Source: a virus
Lineage: Duplodnaviria > Caudoviricetes
DNA length: 64,000 nt
Strand: one strand, 5' to 3'
IMG/VR virus record: IMGVR_UViG_3300031938_000001
Location: 1 to 64,000 of that record
In this document: in pieces, positions 17,690 to 28,230 of the stretch
How the letters are laid out: each line of letters opens with the position of its first letter
How positions within the stretch are numbered: the stretch's first letter is position 1
Notes under the pieces: generated by a model
What the model was told of the DNA's origin: nothing
What the model saw: the letters and a program-made list of their open reading frames with translations, nothing else
Databases searched by the model: none
Position numbers and translations under genes: made by a program

Positions 17690-19527
17690 GTGGCTTCGAC
17701 CCGGTTCGGGCCGCCAAGGAACTCGCATGGCTCAAGAAGAACCCCGAGTTCCGCGAGCGCCCCGCCTCCCTGTTGGAGTTCCTCGGCGAGGACTACCTCA
17801 ACATCGAGTCGGGCGTGCGCGAGACAATCAAGGAGATCCTCAGCGAGATCATCGGCCACGACGTGTCCGGCGAGCGGCTGACCGCGTATAGCAAGGCCCT
17901 GATCACGGGCGGCATCGGCATCGGCAAGACCACCATCGCCTCCATCGTGCTGCCGTACCTCTGCCACTGGGTGCTCTGCCTCAAGAGCCCACAGGAGTTC
18001 CTCGGCCTCCTCCCCGGCTCCCGCATCGCGTTCATGCAGATGTCCACCTCCGAGGAACAGGCCCGAGAGGTCGTCTTCGGAGACATCAAGGCTCGCATCA
18101 AGCACAGCCCTTGGTTCCGAGACAACGCGCAGATCGACCCCTCATTCAAGAACCAGATCAGGTTCGAGGGCGACATCTGGATCCTCCCCGGTGACAGCAG
18201 CGAGACGACCTTCGAGGGTTACAACATCCTCGGAGGCATCGTCGACGAGATGGACAGCCACAAAGTCACCCCGAACCGCGACTACGCGCAGGCTGGCTAC
18301 GAGACCATCCACGCCCGCATCACGTCCCGGTTCCAAGAGCGCGGCTTCGTCCTGCTGATCGGGCAGATGAAGAAGGCCGACGGCTTCGCGGCCCGCATGT
18401 TCGAGGAGTACCAAGCCGATCCCGAGGCGTACACCGCCCGGCTCACCATCTGGGAGTCTCTGGGCTGGCACCGCTTCCTGAACCCGGACGGCACGCGCGA
18501 CTCGTTCTGGTATGACACCAAGCGCAAGTCATTCGTTCCGAAGGGTATCGCCGAAGAGCTCGAGACGGAGAACCTCATCGAGGTGCCGAACGTCTACCGG
18601 CGCGACTTCGAGAACAACCCCGAGAAGGCGCTGCGCGACCTCGCTGGCATCCCGCCGGCGGTCGGCGACCCGTTCATCGGCCTCACTCACAAGATCGAGG
18701 AGGCGCGCGACCGCTGGAAGGCGCGCAACAGTGGGCTCACGACCCCGGTGGCCCTCGACGGCAAGTTCGAGAAGTGGTTCACCGCTCGCGACAGCCTCAA
18801 GCGGGTCATGCACATCGACATCGGCTACTCCCCGCACGGCGACGCGGCCGGGCTCGCGATGGGGCATGTGCGCGAGGTGATGGACATCGACGGCGAGCGC
18901 AAGCCGTACATTGTCTTTGACATGGTGATGCGCGTGAAGGCGCCGCCCGGTCGGGAGATCATGATTGGCGACCTCCGCCGGATCGTCTATCACCTGCGGG
19001 ATGACCTCGGATTCCGGATCAAGAAGGTATCCCTCGACGGCTTCCAGTCCACCGACACCTTGCAGCAACTCCGCAAGCGCCGCTTCGAGACCGAGCTCGT
19101 CTCGGTGGACCGCTCGATGCTCCCGTACAGCGACCTGCGAGACGCTCTCTACGAGAATCGCATCGAGTTCCCCGAGTACATGGTCTACATGAAGCACGGA
19201 GACATCAAGAAGGTCGAGATCGTCTACAAGGAACTCAGCGAACTCGAAGACAAGGGCAACAAGATCGACCACCCGGCGCTGGGCAGCAAGGACGTGGCCG
19301 ACGCCATGGCTGGCGTGACCTACACCCTCATGGGTGATCGCTCCTACCGGCGTACCGTTCGAGACATCTCCAGCGCCCCCAGTGCACTCTCCGCGACAGG
19401 CACAGATGGGCGAATGGGTCTCGGTGCTGGACCGAGGATGCCTGCTCTCGGTAACCTCCCGTCATTGGGCGCACCACCCCCTCCGCGCATGATGCCCGGC
19501 ATCGGAGTCGTCCGTCCACCAAGTTGA
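17686..19527 (+). CDS. terL: Terminase large subunit
   Basis: Walker A GGIGIGKT, Walker B VDE, nuclease HIDIG and SKDVADA. Confidence 0.92.
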   Translation: MSGFDPVRAAKELAWLKKNPEFRERPASLLEFLGEDYLNIESGVRETIKEILSEIIGHDVSGERLTAYSKALITGGIGIGKTTIASIVLPYLCHWVLCLKSPQEFLGLLPGSRIAFMQMSTSEEQAREVVFGDIKARIKHSPWFRDNAQIDPSFKNQIRFEGDIWILPGDSSETTFEGYNILGGIVDEMDSHKVTPNRDYAQAGYETIHARITSRFQERGFVLLIGQMKKADGFAARMFEEYQADPEAYTARLTIWESLGWHRFLNPDGTRDSFWYDTKRKSFVPKGIAEELETENLIEVPNVYRRDFENNPEKALRDLAGIPPAVGDPFIGLTHKIEEARDRWKARNSGLTTPVALDGKFEKWFTARDSLKRVMHIDIGYSPHGDAAGLAMGHVREVMDIDGERKPYIVFDMVMRVKAPPGREIMIGDLRRIVYHLRDDLGFRIKKVSLDGFQSTDTLQQLRKRRFETELVSVDRSMLPYSDLRDALYENRIEFPEYMVYMKHGDIKKVEIVYKELSELEDKGNKIDHPALGSKDVADAMAGVTYTLMGDRSYRRTVRDISSAPSALSATGTDGRMGLGAGPRMPALGNLPSLGAPPPPRMMPGIGVVRPPS

Positions 19528-19555
19528 CCAGAGGGTCGCAGCGTACGGAGGAATA

Positions 19556-21337
19556 GTGAGCGGTCTGCTCGATCATCGCGGGAACCCGATTTCGTCGGCC
19601 GACTTCCGCAAGGCTGCGCCCCCCAAGACGGGTCCGGCGTTCGGCAACTGGGCTGGACGGGACCTCGCCACGCTGCAACTCCCCGGCGGCGGCCTCCTGC
19701 AGTTCGACCTGTCGCGGCTCACGCTCGCCGACTACCGATCCATGCGGGACCACTACCAGATCAACGCCTCGCTCACCGTGCTGCAGTTCATGCTGCACCG
19801 CATGGACTGGCGAATCGAGTGCAAGGATCAGAGGATCGCCGACGCGATCACCGAGAACATCCAGCAGGTCTGGACTCGCATGGTCCGCGCGATGTCGCAG
19901 TCGTACTGGGCTGGCTACTCGCCCATCGCCCTCGAGTACGAGAACGACGATCACGCTCGAGACGGCAAGGGCATGCTCGTGGTCAGCAAGTTCAAGGACT
20001 TGGTGCCCGAGGAGTGCACGGTCAACTGGAAGACCGTCGAGGGCTATGCGCCCCCCGGCCACGTCCGACCCAAGTACAAGATCTACGACGGCATCCGCCA
20101 GCAGGGCGTCGGCTGGCCGATCCCCACCGAGAACACGCTGTGGTATCCGCTGCTCATGGAGAATGGCGACTACAACGGCAAGAAACTCCTTCGCCCGGCC
20201 TTCTCGTCGTGGTACTTCTCGATCCTCATGCACATGTTCGCGAACCGCTACTACGAGCGGTTCGGAGAGCCAGTCCCCATCGGCCGGGCGCCGTACGACG
20301 ACGACGTGATCATCGACGGCAAGACCGTCAACGGTCGCGACGCGATGCTGTCGATCTTGCAGAGCCTGCGCTCGCGCGGCGTGGTGGTGCTCCCAGACGA
20401 CCGCACCCAGACTGGCGACAACTCATCTGATTACTCGTACGACATCGAGTACCTCGAGTCGCAGATGCGCGGCGCGGACTTCGAGAAGTACATCACGAGG
20501 CTCGACGAGGAGATCACGCTCGGGTTGTTCACCCCGCTGCTGCTGCTGCGCGGGGCGTCCGGCGGCGGCTCCTACAACCTCGGCGTCCAGCAGATGCAGA
20601 TGTACCTCTGGATGCTCAACGCGCTCGCTGGCGACATGAAGGAGTACATCGACTTCTACGTCATCGACCGCCTGAAGAACTTCAACTTCGGCCCGAACGC
20701 GCCACGCGCGACGTGGGAGTACCGCCAGATGGGCAAGGAGTCGGTCGAGACCGTGCGGGCCATGGTCACCGAACTGCTCCGCAAGGACAAGATCATGCCC
20801 GACCTGACCGAGCTCAGTGCCATCACTGGCATCTCGCTGGCCGACGCGACCTTGCTTAGCAAGGGCGACGACCCGGAGGGCTCGGACCCGTTCGCCGACC
20901 CCGAGAGCATCACCCCGCCTAGCGACGGCCCGCGCAACGGCAACACCTCGACCTCTGATGACCGGACCACGCGCACCCGCGACGACCGGAACCGGAACAA
21001 GCGCGGCCCCAAGGGCGTCGGCAGCCCGCGCGATACCCAGCGCGACATCGCGGCGCGCATCGCCGGGCAGGTCGAGAACGCCTTCAAGAAGGGCACGTTC
21101 GGCGACAAGCCCATCGTGCTCGGATACCGCCGCGCGCTCGTGGAGGGCCTGCACGACGAGGGCATGGCCTACGACGACGCCGCGAGCGCCGTCGAGCGCC
21201 TGTACTCGCAGATGAACTGGTGGCTCGCCGACTCGACTAGCGTCGGCGCCGAGACGTACGGCTCTGCAGAGAGCTTCGTCGCTACCTTCAACTCCGCCTT
21301 CGAGGATGCCTGTTCGCGGGTGCTCGATGGTCGCTGA
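19556..21337 (+). CDS. Portal protein (DUF935/Mu gp29-like)
   Basis: Follows TerL; YERFGEP, GSYNLG motifs. Confidence 0.85.
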   Translation: MSGLLDHRGNPISSADFRKAAPPKTGPAFGNWAGRDLATLQLPGGGLLQFDLSRLTLADYRSMRDHYQINASLTVLQFMLHRMDWRIECKDQRIADAITENIQQVWTRMVRAMSQSYWAGYSPIALEYENDDHARDGKGMLVVSKFKDLVPEECTVNWKTVEGYAPPGHVRPKYKIYDGIRQQGVGWPIPTENTLWYPLLMENGDYNGKKLLRPAFSSWYFSILMHMFANRYYERFGEPVPIGRAPYDDDVIIDGKTVNGRDAMLSILQSLRSRGVVVLPDDRTQTGDNSSDYSYDIEYLESQMRGADFEKYITRLDEEITLGLFTPLLLLRGASGGGSYNLGVQQMQMYLWMLNALAGDMKEYIDFYVIDRLKNFNFGPNAPRATWEYRQMGKESVETVRAMVTELLRKDKIMPDLTELSAITGISLADATLLSKGDDPEGSDPFADPESITPPSDGPRNGNTSTSDDRTTRTRDDRNRNKRGPKGVGSPRDTQRDIAARIAGQVENAFKKGTFGDKPIVLGYRRALVEGLHDEGMAYDDAASAVERLYSQMNWWLADSTSVGAETYGSAESFVATFNSAFEDACSRVLDGR

Positions 21338-21596
21338 TCCACCGCCAACGCACGACCTGCGCTGCGTGTGCACGCGGCGCCCGCTGCTGGCGCGCTACGG
21401 CCGGGGCACTGACGGCGCGCTGTTCGTCCACCTCAAGGTCTTCAAGCAGAACCGCCTCTACGCCGAGGCCATCTTCACCAACGGAACCGTGATGCTCCAC
21501 TGCCGAGAGTGCTTGCGGTGGAACCGCATCGTCATCAGGCAGCCTTCGAGCGTTCGCATGAGGGAGGATTCCCTCCCCGACAGCATTCGCATCTAA
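21327..21596 (+). CDS. Zn-ribbon protein resembling Mu Com with an insertion
   Basis: LRCVCTRRPLLA...LHCRECLRWN. Confidence 0.55.
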   Translation: MVADPPPTHDLRCVCTRRPLLARYGRGTDGALFVHLKVFKQNRLYAEAIFTNGTVMLHCRECLRWNRIVIRQPSSVRMREDSLPDSIRI

Positions 21597-21621
21597 CAAT
21601 GCTTGCGAGCGTCCGAGGCAA

Positions 21622-22821
21622 ATGAGTATCGTCTCATCACAAGGAATCGCGAGGGAGAGCATGACCACGAATCTTGGCCGGATGAAGACGGTAGCCGCCT
21701 TCTCCGCATCGAACGTGCTGGAGGGTCTCACGACCCGTACCGGCGCGTCCGGTTCGCTCATCATCGAGCGCATGCCCGTGTTCAAGTCCGGCACCTTCAA
21801 GGACTCCATGGGGACTCAGGCGACATGGGAGCCTGAGCACCTCGAGCAGATGGTGTTCAACTTCGGGATGCTCAAGGAGCGCGGCACCCTGCCGAACGTG
21901 CCGGTGCGCAATCAGCACCGCAGCCTGTTCGGCGGCGGTGGCGAGGTCATCGGCTACATCCTCGCGCTCCACCACGATCAGGAATCCGGTCGCCTGTTGG
22001 CCGACTTCGAGGTCACGGAGCCCGATGCGGCTGGGAAGATCCAGCGCGGCACGTTCCGCGCTCGGTCCGCCGAGATCGGGATGTACGAGACCAACGACGA
22101 GGCCCTCTACTGGCCGGTGTTCATGGGCTTCGCCTTCGTGGACATCCCCGCCGTCGAGGGCCTGTACAACAAGGCTCAGGCGGAGAGCCCGAGCGAGTTC
22201 ATCATCATGACCGAGGAGGACGCCCCAGTGGCCGACGACAAGAACAAGGGCGACGACAAGGCCCCCGCCGCTCCGGCTGCTCCGGCCGCCGAGCCGCAGA
22301 CCGAGCCCGCCACCCCGCCCGCCGAGCCCGCCGCCCCGGCTGCACCCGCCGCCGAGCCGCAGGAGCACGGCGCCCCGAGCGCTGGCGCGTTCCAATTCAA
22401 GGTCAAGGGTGCGCCCACCACCGACTTCGCCGCCGTCCAGCGTCACATTGACGCGCTGGAGACGGCGCAGGTCGAGCAGGTCCAGAACTCCCGCCGGGAG
22501 TACGTGACTGGCCTTGCTCGCGACCGCAAGATCACCCAGCCGCAGGTGGAGGGGCTCCAGTCCCTCGTCTCCACCATGACGGACGAGCAGTACGAGTCGT
22601 TCCGCACCGCCTACAGCGTTGCCCCGGCTCAGCCCCTGCTCGACGTGCACGCGGGTGGGGGCACGGAGGTCACTCCGAGTTCCGAGGAGAACGAGGAGGT
22701 CGCCACCCTTCGCGAGACCATCGCGATGCACCAGCGGTCCGGCATTCCGCAGGAGCAGATCGAGAAGATGCCGAGTTTCATCCGCCTCAAGGCCCTCGAG
22801 GCCCAGAACCCGAAGGAGTAG
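21622..22821 (+). CDS. Capsid maturation protease plus scaffold (alternative start 21661)
   Basis: NQH...G, RSAE, PAVEGL protease-like motifs; Ala/Pro linker; position before capsid genes. Confidence 0.8.
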   Translation: MSIVSSQGIARESMTTNLGRMKTVAAFSASNVLEGLTTRTGASGSLIIERMPVFKSGTFKDSMGTQATWEPEHLEQMVFNFGMLKERGTLPNVPVRNQHRSLFGGGGEVIGYILALHHDQESGRLLADFEVTEPDAAGKIQRGTFRARSAEIGMYETNDEALYWPVFMGFAFVDIPAVEGLYNKAQAESPSEFIIMTEEDAPVADDKNKGDDKAPAAPAAPAAEPQTEPATPPAEPAAPAAPAAEPQEHGAPSAGAFQFKVKGAPTTDFAAVQRHIDALETAQVEQVQNSRREYVTGLARDRKITQPQVEGLQSLVSTMTDEQYESFRTAYSVAPAQPLLDVHAGGGTEVTPSSEENEEVATLRETIAMHQRSGIPQEQIEKMPSFIRLKALEAQNPKE

Positions 22822-22827
22822 CCAGAG

Positions 22828-23277
22828 ATGGCTGATTTCGTCAAGGGTGGCGACCCGCGTACCCCGTTCGGCAAGAACACGTACCTGCGCTCGACGCAGG
22901 ACGTGAAGTACGAGTCGTACACGGTCGCGAAGTCCACCGTCCCCACCGAGGTGATCGACGGGAGCAACCAGAAGGTTCTCCAGTCGGGCGAGGTTCTCGC
23001 CAAGATCACCTCGGGCGCCGATTCCGGAAAGGTCGGCCCCTTCCAGGCTGGCGCCGTCGATGGCCGCGCAGATGTCGCGAACATCGTCGGCCTCAACGAC
23101 ACCTTCCTCCCGTGGCAGCTCCTTGAGCGCGACGTGGAGGTCGGCGTTGCCTATGAGGCGACCGCAGTGCAGGGCTGGTGCTTCGAGCGCGACGCCGCCG
23201 GAGCCCGCGTGGCCCTGTCCAACACGACCGCAGATGCGATGCGAGGCACCAAGGGCCTCGACATCCACTTCAAGTAA
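22828..23277 (+). CDS. Head decoration protein
   Basis: LQSGEVLAKIT..GK pattern; position before major capsid gene. Confidence 0.75.
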   Translation: MADFVKGGDPRTPFGKNTYLRSTQDVKYESYTVAKSTVPTEVIDGSNQKVLQSGEVLAKITSGADSGKVGPFQAGAVDGRADVANIVGLNDTFLPWQLLERDVEVGVAYEATAVQGWCFERDAAGARVALSNTTADAMRGTKGLDIHFK

Positions 23278-23292
23278 GGGGAACGCACTCAG

Positions 23293-24450
23293 ATGCCCAC
23301 TGACCTTCCTCTGGACCGGCTGGTCCGCAAGGAAACCGCGCTCGGCGTGGTCCGGGAGATCGTTCCCCCGCAGAACCACATCGGCCTCGCCCAGATCGCT
23401 CCGTGGCTGAACGTTGCCACCGACGACGTGATCTTCGACTACGCCAAGGGCCTCACCGACGGCCTCGCCCCCGCACGGGCCGAGGACGCCGAGAGCGAAC
23501 TGGCGCAGAAGGACGACACGTTCGTCGGGCAGGGCCGCGCGAGCGTGATCGACTGGTCCCTCAAGGACCACTACACCGCGAGCGACGTGTCCCGCTACCG
23601 CGAGGCGCTCCTGATCGCCGAGCAGACGCGCGACACGCTCTCGCTGCCGCTCACCGTCACCTCGATGACCGAGGGCTTCCTCGGTCGCGTGGCGCGAGAC
23701 ACCTCGCGTCGCCGCCGGAAGTTGGACAACCGGCTCGAGTGGCTGATCATGACGGCCATCTCGACGGGTGCCATCGCCTACAACGACGGCAAGATCTCGT
23801 TCTCGGTGGACTTCGGTCGGCCGGTCTCTCAGCAGGCCGGGAACGCCGCGAACGACCTCGCCGGGGCGGGTGTCACCGACGGTGCCATCGACTTCAGCGG
23901 CACCACGCACGACCCCATCGGGTTCATCCTCGGGGTGCAGGAGTTCATGTACGACACCTACGGTGTCCGCATCACTCGCGCGCTCGCCTCGCGGAAGTTC
24001 CTCAACAGCCTGTGGAAGTCGGACAAGTTCCGGCCGATCACCGGCTTCACCGACGCGAGCGCGGACCCCCGCTACCTCGTGCCGGGCTGGGGTCCGAACG
24101 CGGCCATCGCCGCCGTCGAGAACGCGACCGGGCTCAAGTTCACCGAGTACGACTCGGTGTACCGCACCCGGCCGATGGGCTCGAACGTCGTCACCAACAA
24201 CCGCTTCCTCCCGGAGGACCGCGTGGTCTTCCTGCCGGACGAGGCGGACGTGAACGAGTTCGACGACACCGAGATCGGCTTCGCCAAGACGCTGACCTCG
24301 CCGCACCCCATGGGGAACTGGCAGCCCAGTTTCTACGAGTGGGAGCGGGAGACCACCGACCCGTGGGGCCGCGACGTGGGCACGGGCGTGAAGGCGTTCC
24401 CGGTGTTCCCGCACATGGACCTCACCTACGCGGTGAACGTCCTGCTCTGA
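23293..24450 (+). CDS. Major capsid protein (lambda gpE-like)
   Basis: 385 aa; RLEW..M.A..TG; position. Confidence 0.85.
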   Translation: MPTDLPLDRLVRKETALGVVREIVPPQNHIGLAQIAPWLNVATDDVIFDYAKGLTDGLAPARAEDAESELAQKDDTFVGQGRASVIDWSLKDHYTASDVSRYREALLIAEQTRDTLSLPLTVTSMTEGFLGRVARDTSRRRRKLDNRLEWLIMTAISTGAIAYNDGKISFSVDFGRPVSQQAGNAANDLAGAGVTDGAIDFSGTTHDPIGFILGVQEFMYDTYGVRITRALASRKFLNSLWKSDKFRPITGFTDASADPRYLVPGWGPNAAIAAVENATGLKFTEYDSVYRTRPMGSNVVTNNRFLPEDRVVFLPDEADVNEFDDTEIGFAKTLTSPHPMGNWQPSFYEWERETTDPWGRDVGTGVKAFPVFPHMDLTYAVNVLL

Positions 24451-24460
24451 CGAGCACCAT

Positions 24461-24501
24461 GACGCGCCCCCGGTCCGGCCTCCGCTGGCCGGGGGCGCGT
24501 C
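24461..24501 (+). terminator. 13-bp GC hairpin after capsid gene
   Basis: GACGCGCCCCCGG / CCGGGGGCGCGTC; weak U-tract. Confidence 0.65.
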
Positions 24502-24538
24502 GCTTCACCCGCCACTGAGTCCCGAGGAGGACAAGCAC

Positions 24539-24715
24539 ATGGCACGCAACTCGGACGGTTCCGTCACTCTGAAGACCACCGGCAAGACCGCCTCGTCTCC
24601 GAAGGGTTCCGGCGCCGCGCGCCGCGCCCCGCTGGCACAGGCTCCGGCCGCGTCCGGCCCCATGGTTACGAAGGAGCCCGGCCGCACGGTCGTCGGCAAG
24701 AGCGCCGCCAACTGA
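24539..24715 (+). CDS. Small basic protein, 58 aa (MARNSDGSVTLK...)
   Basis: GAGGAGG RBS; hand-translated. Confidence 0.7.
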   Translation: MARNSDGSVTLKTTGKTASSPKGSGAARRAPLAQAPAASGPMVTKEPGRTVVGKSAAN

Positions 24716-24802
24716 TCTTCGGCGGGCCGAGGGCGTGGTGCAGCGTCTTCGGCTCGCCGAATCCCACTGTCACCACAGCAAGTCCGAAGGAGATCGAAGC
24801 AG

Positions 24803-25150
24803 ATGGCTGAGAACCACGAAGGCCGCGTCATGGCCGTGGAGGGCAACGACCTCTCCGGCTACATCGGCGTGAGCCCGGAGTACATGACCTACGCCAACGA
24901 GACCGAGGCGCCCCTGCAGCCCAAGGACGCCGAGGTGTCCGATGCGGTCGAGCAGGTCGTCGCCGACGAGGAGGCGAAGGCCAAGGCCGCCGATGCCGCC
25001 GCCGATGCCGCCGAGGCCGCCGATGCCGCCGCCAAGGAGGCCGAGGAGCAGAGGGCCGCCGAGGAAGCCGCTGCCAAGGAGGCCGCCGAGAAGCAGGCCG
25101 CCGAGGCCGAGGCCGCCAAGAAGTCCGACGGCAAGACCGCCAAGCAGTAA
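24803..25150 (+). CDS. Ala/Glu-rich virion-associated protein
   Basis: AAGGAG RBS; low-complexity helical C-terminus. Confidence 0.75.
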   Translation: MAENHEGRVMAVEGNDLSGYIGVSPEYMTYANETEAPLQPKDAEVSDAVEQVVADEEAKAKAADAAADAAEAADAAAKEAEEQRAAEEAAAKEAAEKQAAEAEAAKKSDGKTAKQ

Positions 25151-25172
25151 GCAGTAGAGGAGACCACTCACC

Positions 25173-25688
25173 GTGGCTGACAGCACGTACAGCGTCCCGG
25201 CAGACATGCTGCTCGGGGACCTGCCTGTGGCCGTTTCGGTCAACAAGCAGAAGTACGTCAACGACGCTGCGGACGAGGTGGACTCCATTATCGGGGTCCG
25301 CTACGCAACCCCCTTGGACGTGAGCGACACGGGAACCATCCCCCGCTACGCTCGACTGTTCATCAAGCGCGTGGCGAACAACCTCGCCACCGGCCGCCTC
25401 ATTCTTGCAGTTGCGGCCGGTGGCGAGGACAACCAGATCCACGCCTACGGGTGGAGTCTGATTCAAACTTCCCTCGACGCTCTCAAGCAGATCGCCGACG
25501 GCACGTACGACATCGTTGGGGCGGATCCTGCCGACCCCGACGCCACGACCCGCGTCACCGGCCCGGCTATCGCTGGAGGGGACGCGACAAGCGGCGTGGA
25601 CGCTTTCTACGGGCTCGTCAGCGTCTACCAGCCCCCCGGCCCGGTCCCGCTGCTCGTAGGCCCGCGCTGGGAACCGGGTGGTCGCTGA
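25173..25688 (+). CDS. Head-to-tail adaptor (Mu gp36/DUF1320-like)
   Basis: A.DEVDS.IG.RY..P and ALKQIADG patterns; position. Confidence 0.75.
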   Translation: MADSTYSVPADMLLGDLPVAVSVNKQKYVNDAADEVDSIIGVRYATPLDVSDTGTIPRYARLFIKRVANNLATGRLILAVAAGGEDNQIHAYGWSLIQTSLDALKQIADGTYDIVGADPADPDATTRVTGPAIAGGDATSGVDAFYGLVSVYQPPGPVPLLVGPRWEPGGR

Positions 25689-26257
25689 TGCTCGGGCTCC
25701 ACATGGACATCCTTGTCGATGATCACGAGGTGCAGCGCGCCATCGCGGCGCTCGAGGAGACGCTGCAGGGCCAGCACCTCTTGATGTTCCACCAGTCGGC
25801 CACCGAGCCGCTGCTCCGCCGCCGAGCTCGTGAGCGTTTCTCATCTGAGGGTGATGCTGCGGTCGGCGGGCACTGGGAGCCCCTCAAGGAGTCCACCGAG
25901 GACATCCGGCGTCACGCCGGGTTCCCCTCCAGTCACCCGATCAACAAGCGCACCGGAGACCTCGAGGGACTCATCACTCGAGGCCGCAACGAGTTCACGG
26001 CCGGTGGCGACTGGGCTGCGTTCTTCCTCCCCGGCCGGCAAGGCAGCAAGAAGCAGAAGGCTGCGCTCGCGACCGCCCAGAAGGGCGCCCCGGTCGGCCA
26101 CTACATGCCGAAGGGCTGGCGCAAGAACAACGGCACCAAGCCCTCGCCCAGCGCTACCCCGCCCCGCCCGGTGATCGGACTCGACGAGGTGGACATGGCC
26201 CACACCATGAGCGCGCTCCAGATATGGATCGCCTCTGAAGTCGGAAAGGCGATGTAG
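25688..26257 (+). CDS. Virion morphogenesis/tail completion protein (Mu gpG-like)
   Basis: HWEPLK..T, L.RTG.L, PPRPVIG motifs. Confidence 0.7.
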   Translation: MLGLHMDILVDDHEVQRAIAALEETLQGQHLLMFHQSATEPLLRRRARERFSSEGDAAVGGHWEPLKESTEDIRRHAGFPSSHPINKRTGDLEGLITRGRNEFTAGGDWAAFFLPGRQGSKKQKAALATAQKGAPVGHYMPKGWRKNNGTKPSPSATPPRPVIGLDEVDMAHTMSALQIWIASEVGKAM

Positions 26258-26757
26258 TGGCAACACCCTTTCCGAACAACGTCACCGAGGTGTTGCAGAC
26301 CCGCCTTGGGTTTATCGACATCCTGACGAAGATCAATGCCACCGACGACAACCCCGATGGGGTGCCCGCCGTTTTCACGCGCCCGCTGCGGCCCAGTGAC
26401 CCGGCGGTGTGCGTCGGCGTGTTCTCCCTCGACTGGGCGCCGGATGAACTAGAGATCGGCGCCAGTGAGCCGTCGCTCTCGACTTACATCTACGCGATCC
26501 AGTCGTTCGTGAAGCACACCGACGAGCAGGAGGGCAATCTCCTGCATGGCCTTCTCGCCAAGACCGTTCGCGCAATGCTGTACCGAGATGCTGACACCCG
26601 TGTAGCCTTGGGATCACTCAGTGAGACATCGCTGGGTATCACGGAGCGAGCACAGAGGTGGGGCGTGCGCCAGCAGCGTTTCGCCAACAACGAGGTGGAC
26701 GGGCAGTTCCTGTTCCTCAGCACTACCGACTTCTGGCTTCAGACCGAGAGCGTTTAG
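26257..26757 (+). CDS. Putative tail terminator
   Basis: Position before tail tube; size. Confidence 0.6.
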   Translation: MATPFPNNVTEVLQTRLGFIDILTKINATDDNPDGVPAVFTRPLRPSDPAVCVGVFSLDWAPDELEIGASEPSLSTYIYAIQSFVKHTDEQEGNLLHGLLAKTVRAMLYRDADTRVALGSLSETSLGITERAQRWGVRQQRFANNEVDGQFLFLSTTDFWLQTESV

Positions 26758-26774
26758 AAAGGACACACGCCGAC

Positions 26775-27074
26775 ATGGCTGTCACCAACGAGGATGTCGA
26801 GGCCGCCAAGGAGCGTGTCGCTCGACTCCGTGAGCAGGTTGCACAGGAGAACGCGAAGCGCGTCGAGCGCGAGAACGGCCTCCAGAACGAGATCGACCTC
26901 AAGCGCCTCGAGCGCGAGGAGGCCGACCTCGAAGCGCAACTCGCTGTCGCCAAGGACCGCAACAAGGCCGCCACCGTCAAGGAGGCGTCCCCGCTCCCCT
27001 CGGTGAGCGAGGCCGCCAAGACGGCACAGGCCGACGCCAAGGTCGTCACCGACGCCGCCGCCAGCGGCAAGTAA
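26775..27074 (+). CDS. Coiled-coil hypothetical protein
   Basis: AAAGGA RBS. Confidence 0.7.
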   Translation: MAVTNEDVEAAKERVARLREQVAQENAKRVERENGLQNEIDLKRLEREEADLEAQLAVAKDRNKAATVKEASPLPSVSEAAKTAQADAKVVTDAAASGK

Positions 27075-27091
27075 GAAGGGAACCGTAACCC

Positions 27092-28108
27092 ATGGGATTC
27101 ACGTCTCAGGCGGGCTACCTGCTCGCTCGCTCGTACGCTGGCGGTGATGTCTTTCCGGTCGATATGGACACGGCAGGCGTCGGCTTCCGCCTCCGGTCCG
27201 GCACGCTCGGGCCGTCCCGCGAACTGCTCATCCCTGACGCCGAGATCGGTGGCAACCGCGACATCGCGGACGCCTACCTCGGCGCCGTCTCGTGGGCGGG
27301 CGACCTCGAGTTCTACGCTCGCCTCGGCCAGATCGCGACGTGGCTGAAGGCCGCGCTCGGCGACGCTGCCGCGCCGGTCACCGCGACCGGGGTCACCACC
27401 CACACGATCACCCCGACCGAGGGTGCGATGCCGTGGCTCGCCATCGAGGAGATGGTCGGCAACGGCTTCGAGAAGTTCCGCTACACCGACGTGGTGTGCA
27501 ACACCCTCCACCTCGAGGCCGAGGCCAACGGCTACCTGATGGGCACCGTCGGCCTCATCGCTCGCAAGCAGGTGGCGGGCGTCGCCGGAGTCGCGGACCC
27601 CACCTCGCTGGTGGACACCTCCCCGATGGTGGTCGGCACCAACATCACCGTCACCTACAACGGTGTCACGCTGCCCGCGAAGTCGTTCAACCTCGACGTG
27701 AACAACAACTTCGAGGACGACGACTTCCGGCTCGGGTCGTTCTACCTCGGCGATCTCACCGCGAAGCGGCGCGAGGTCACCGCCGGGTTCACGATCCGCC
27801 CGCAGGACAGCGCGCTGTGGCGGCAGGCCGTCTACGGCACCGCCGCCGCGACCTCTCCGGGTGGCCTCACCACGAAGCAGGCTCTGGTGATCAACTGCCA
27901 GACCTACGAGGACATCCCCGGCGGCACGCCGCTCACGAAGTACTCGCTGGACATCACGATCCCGATGGCGGCCTTCCAGCCGTTCGAGGTCTCGCCCTCC
28001 GGTGACGACATCATCGAGCACGACGTGACCCTGCAGGCGCTGCGGCCGGACCCGGCCACCTCGCTGATCACGGCCGTCCTCAAGACGGACGCGGACACCA
28101 TCGCCTGA
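27092..28108 (+). CDS. Major tail (tube) protein
   Basis: 338 aa, beta-rich, precedes chaperone and tape measure genes. Confidence 0.85.
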   Translation: MGFTSQAGYLLARSYAGGDVFPVDMDTAGVGFRLRSGTLGPSRELLIPDAEIGGNRDIADAYLGAVSWAGDLEFYARLGQIATWLKAALGDAAAPVTATGVTTHTITPTEGAMPWLAIEEMVGNGFEKFRYTDVVCNTLHLEAEANGYLMGTVGLIARKQVAGVAGVADPTSLVDTSPMVVGTNITVTYNGVTLPAKSFNLDVNNNFEDDDFRLGSFYLGDLTAKRREVTAGFTIRPQDSALWRQAVYGTAAATSPGGLTTKQALVINCQTYEDIPGGTPLTKYSLDITIPMAAFQPFEVSPSGDDIIEHDVTLQALRPDPATSLITAVLKTDADTIA

Positions 28109-28128
28109 CGCGCGTCAGCAATGCTGGT

Positions 28129-28170
28129 CCTCGGGCCTGCGAGTGGGATAACCTGCTCGCAGGCCCGAGG
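28129..28170 (+). terminator. 15-bp hairpin followed by TGTTTCT
   Basis: CCTCGGGCCTGCGAG / CTCGCAGGCCCGAGG. Confidence 0.8.
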
Positions 28171-28230
28171 TGTTTCTCAAGGCCGAACCGACAACACCGT
28201 TCCCACGAAGACCACAGGAGGGTCACAGGG

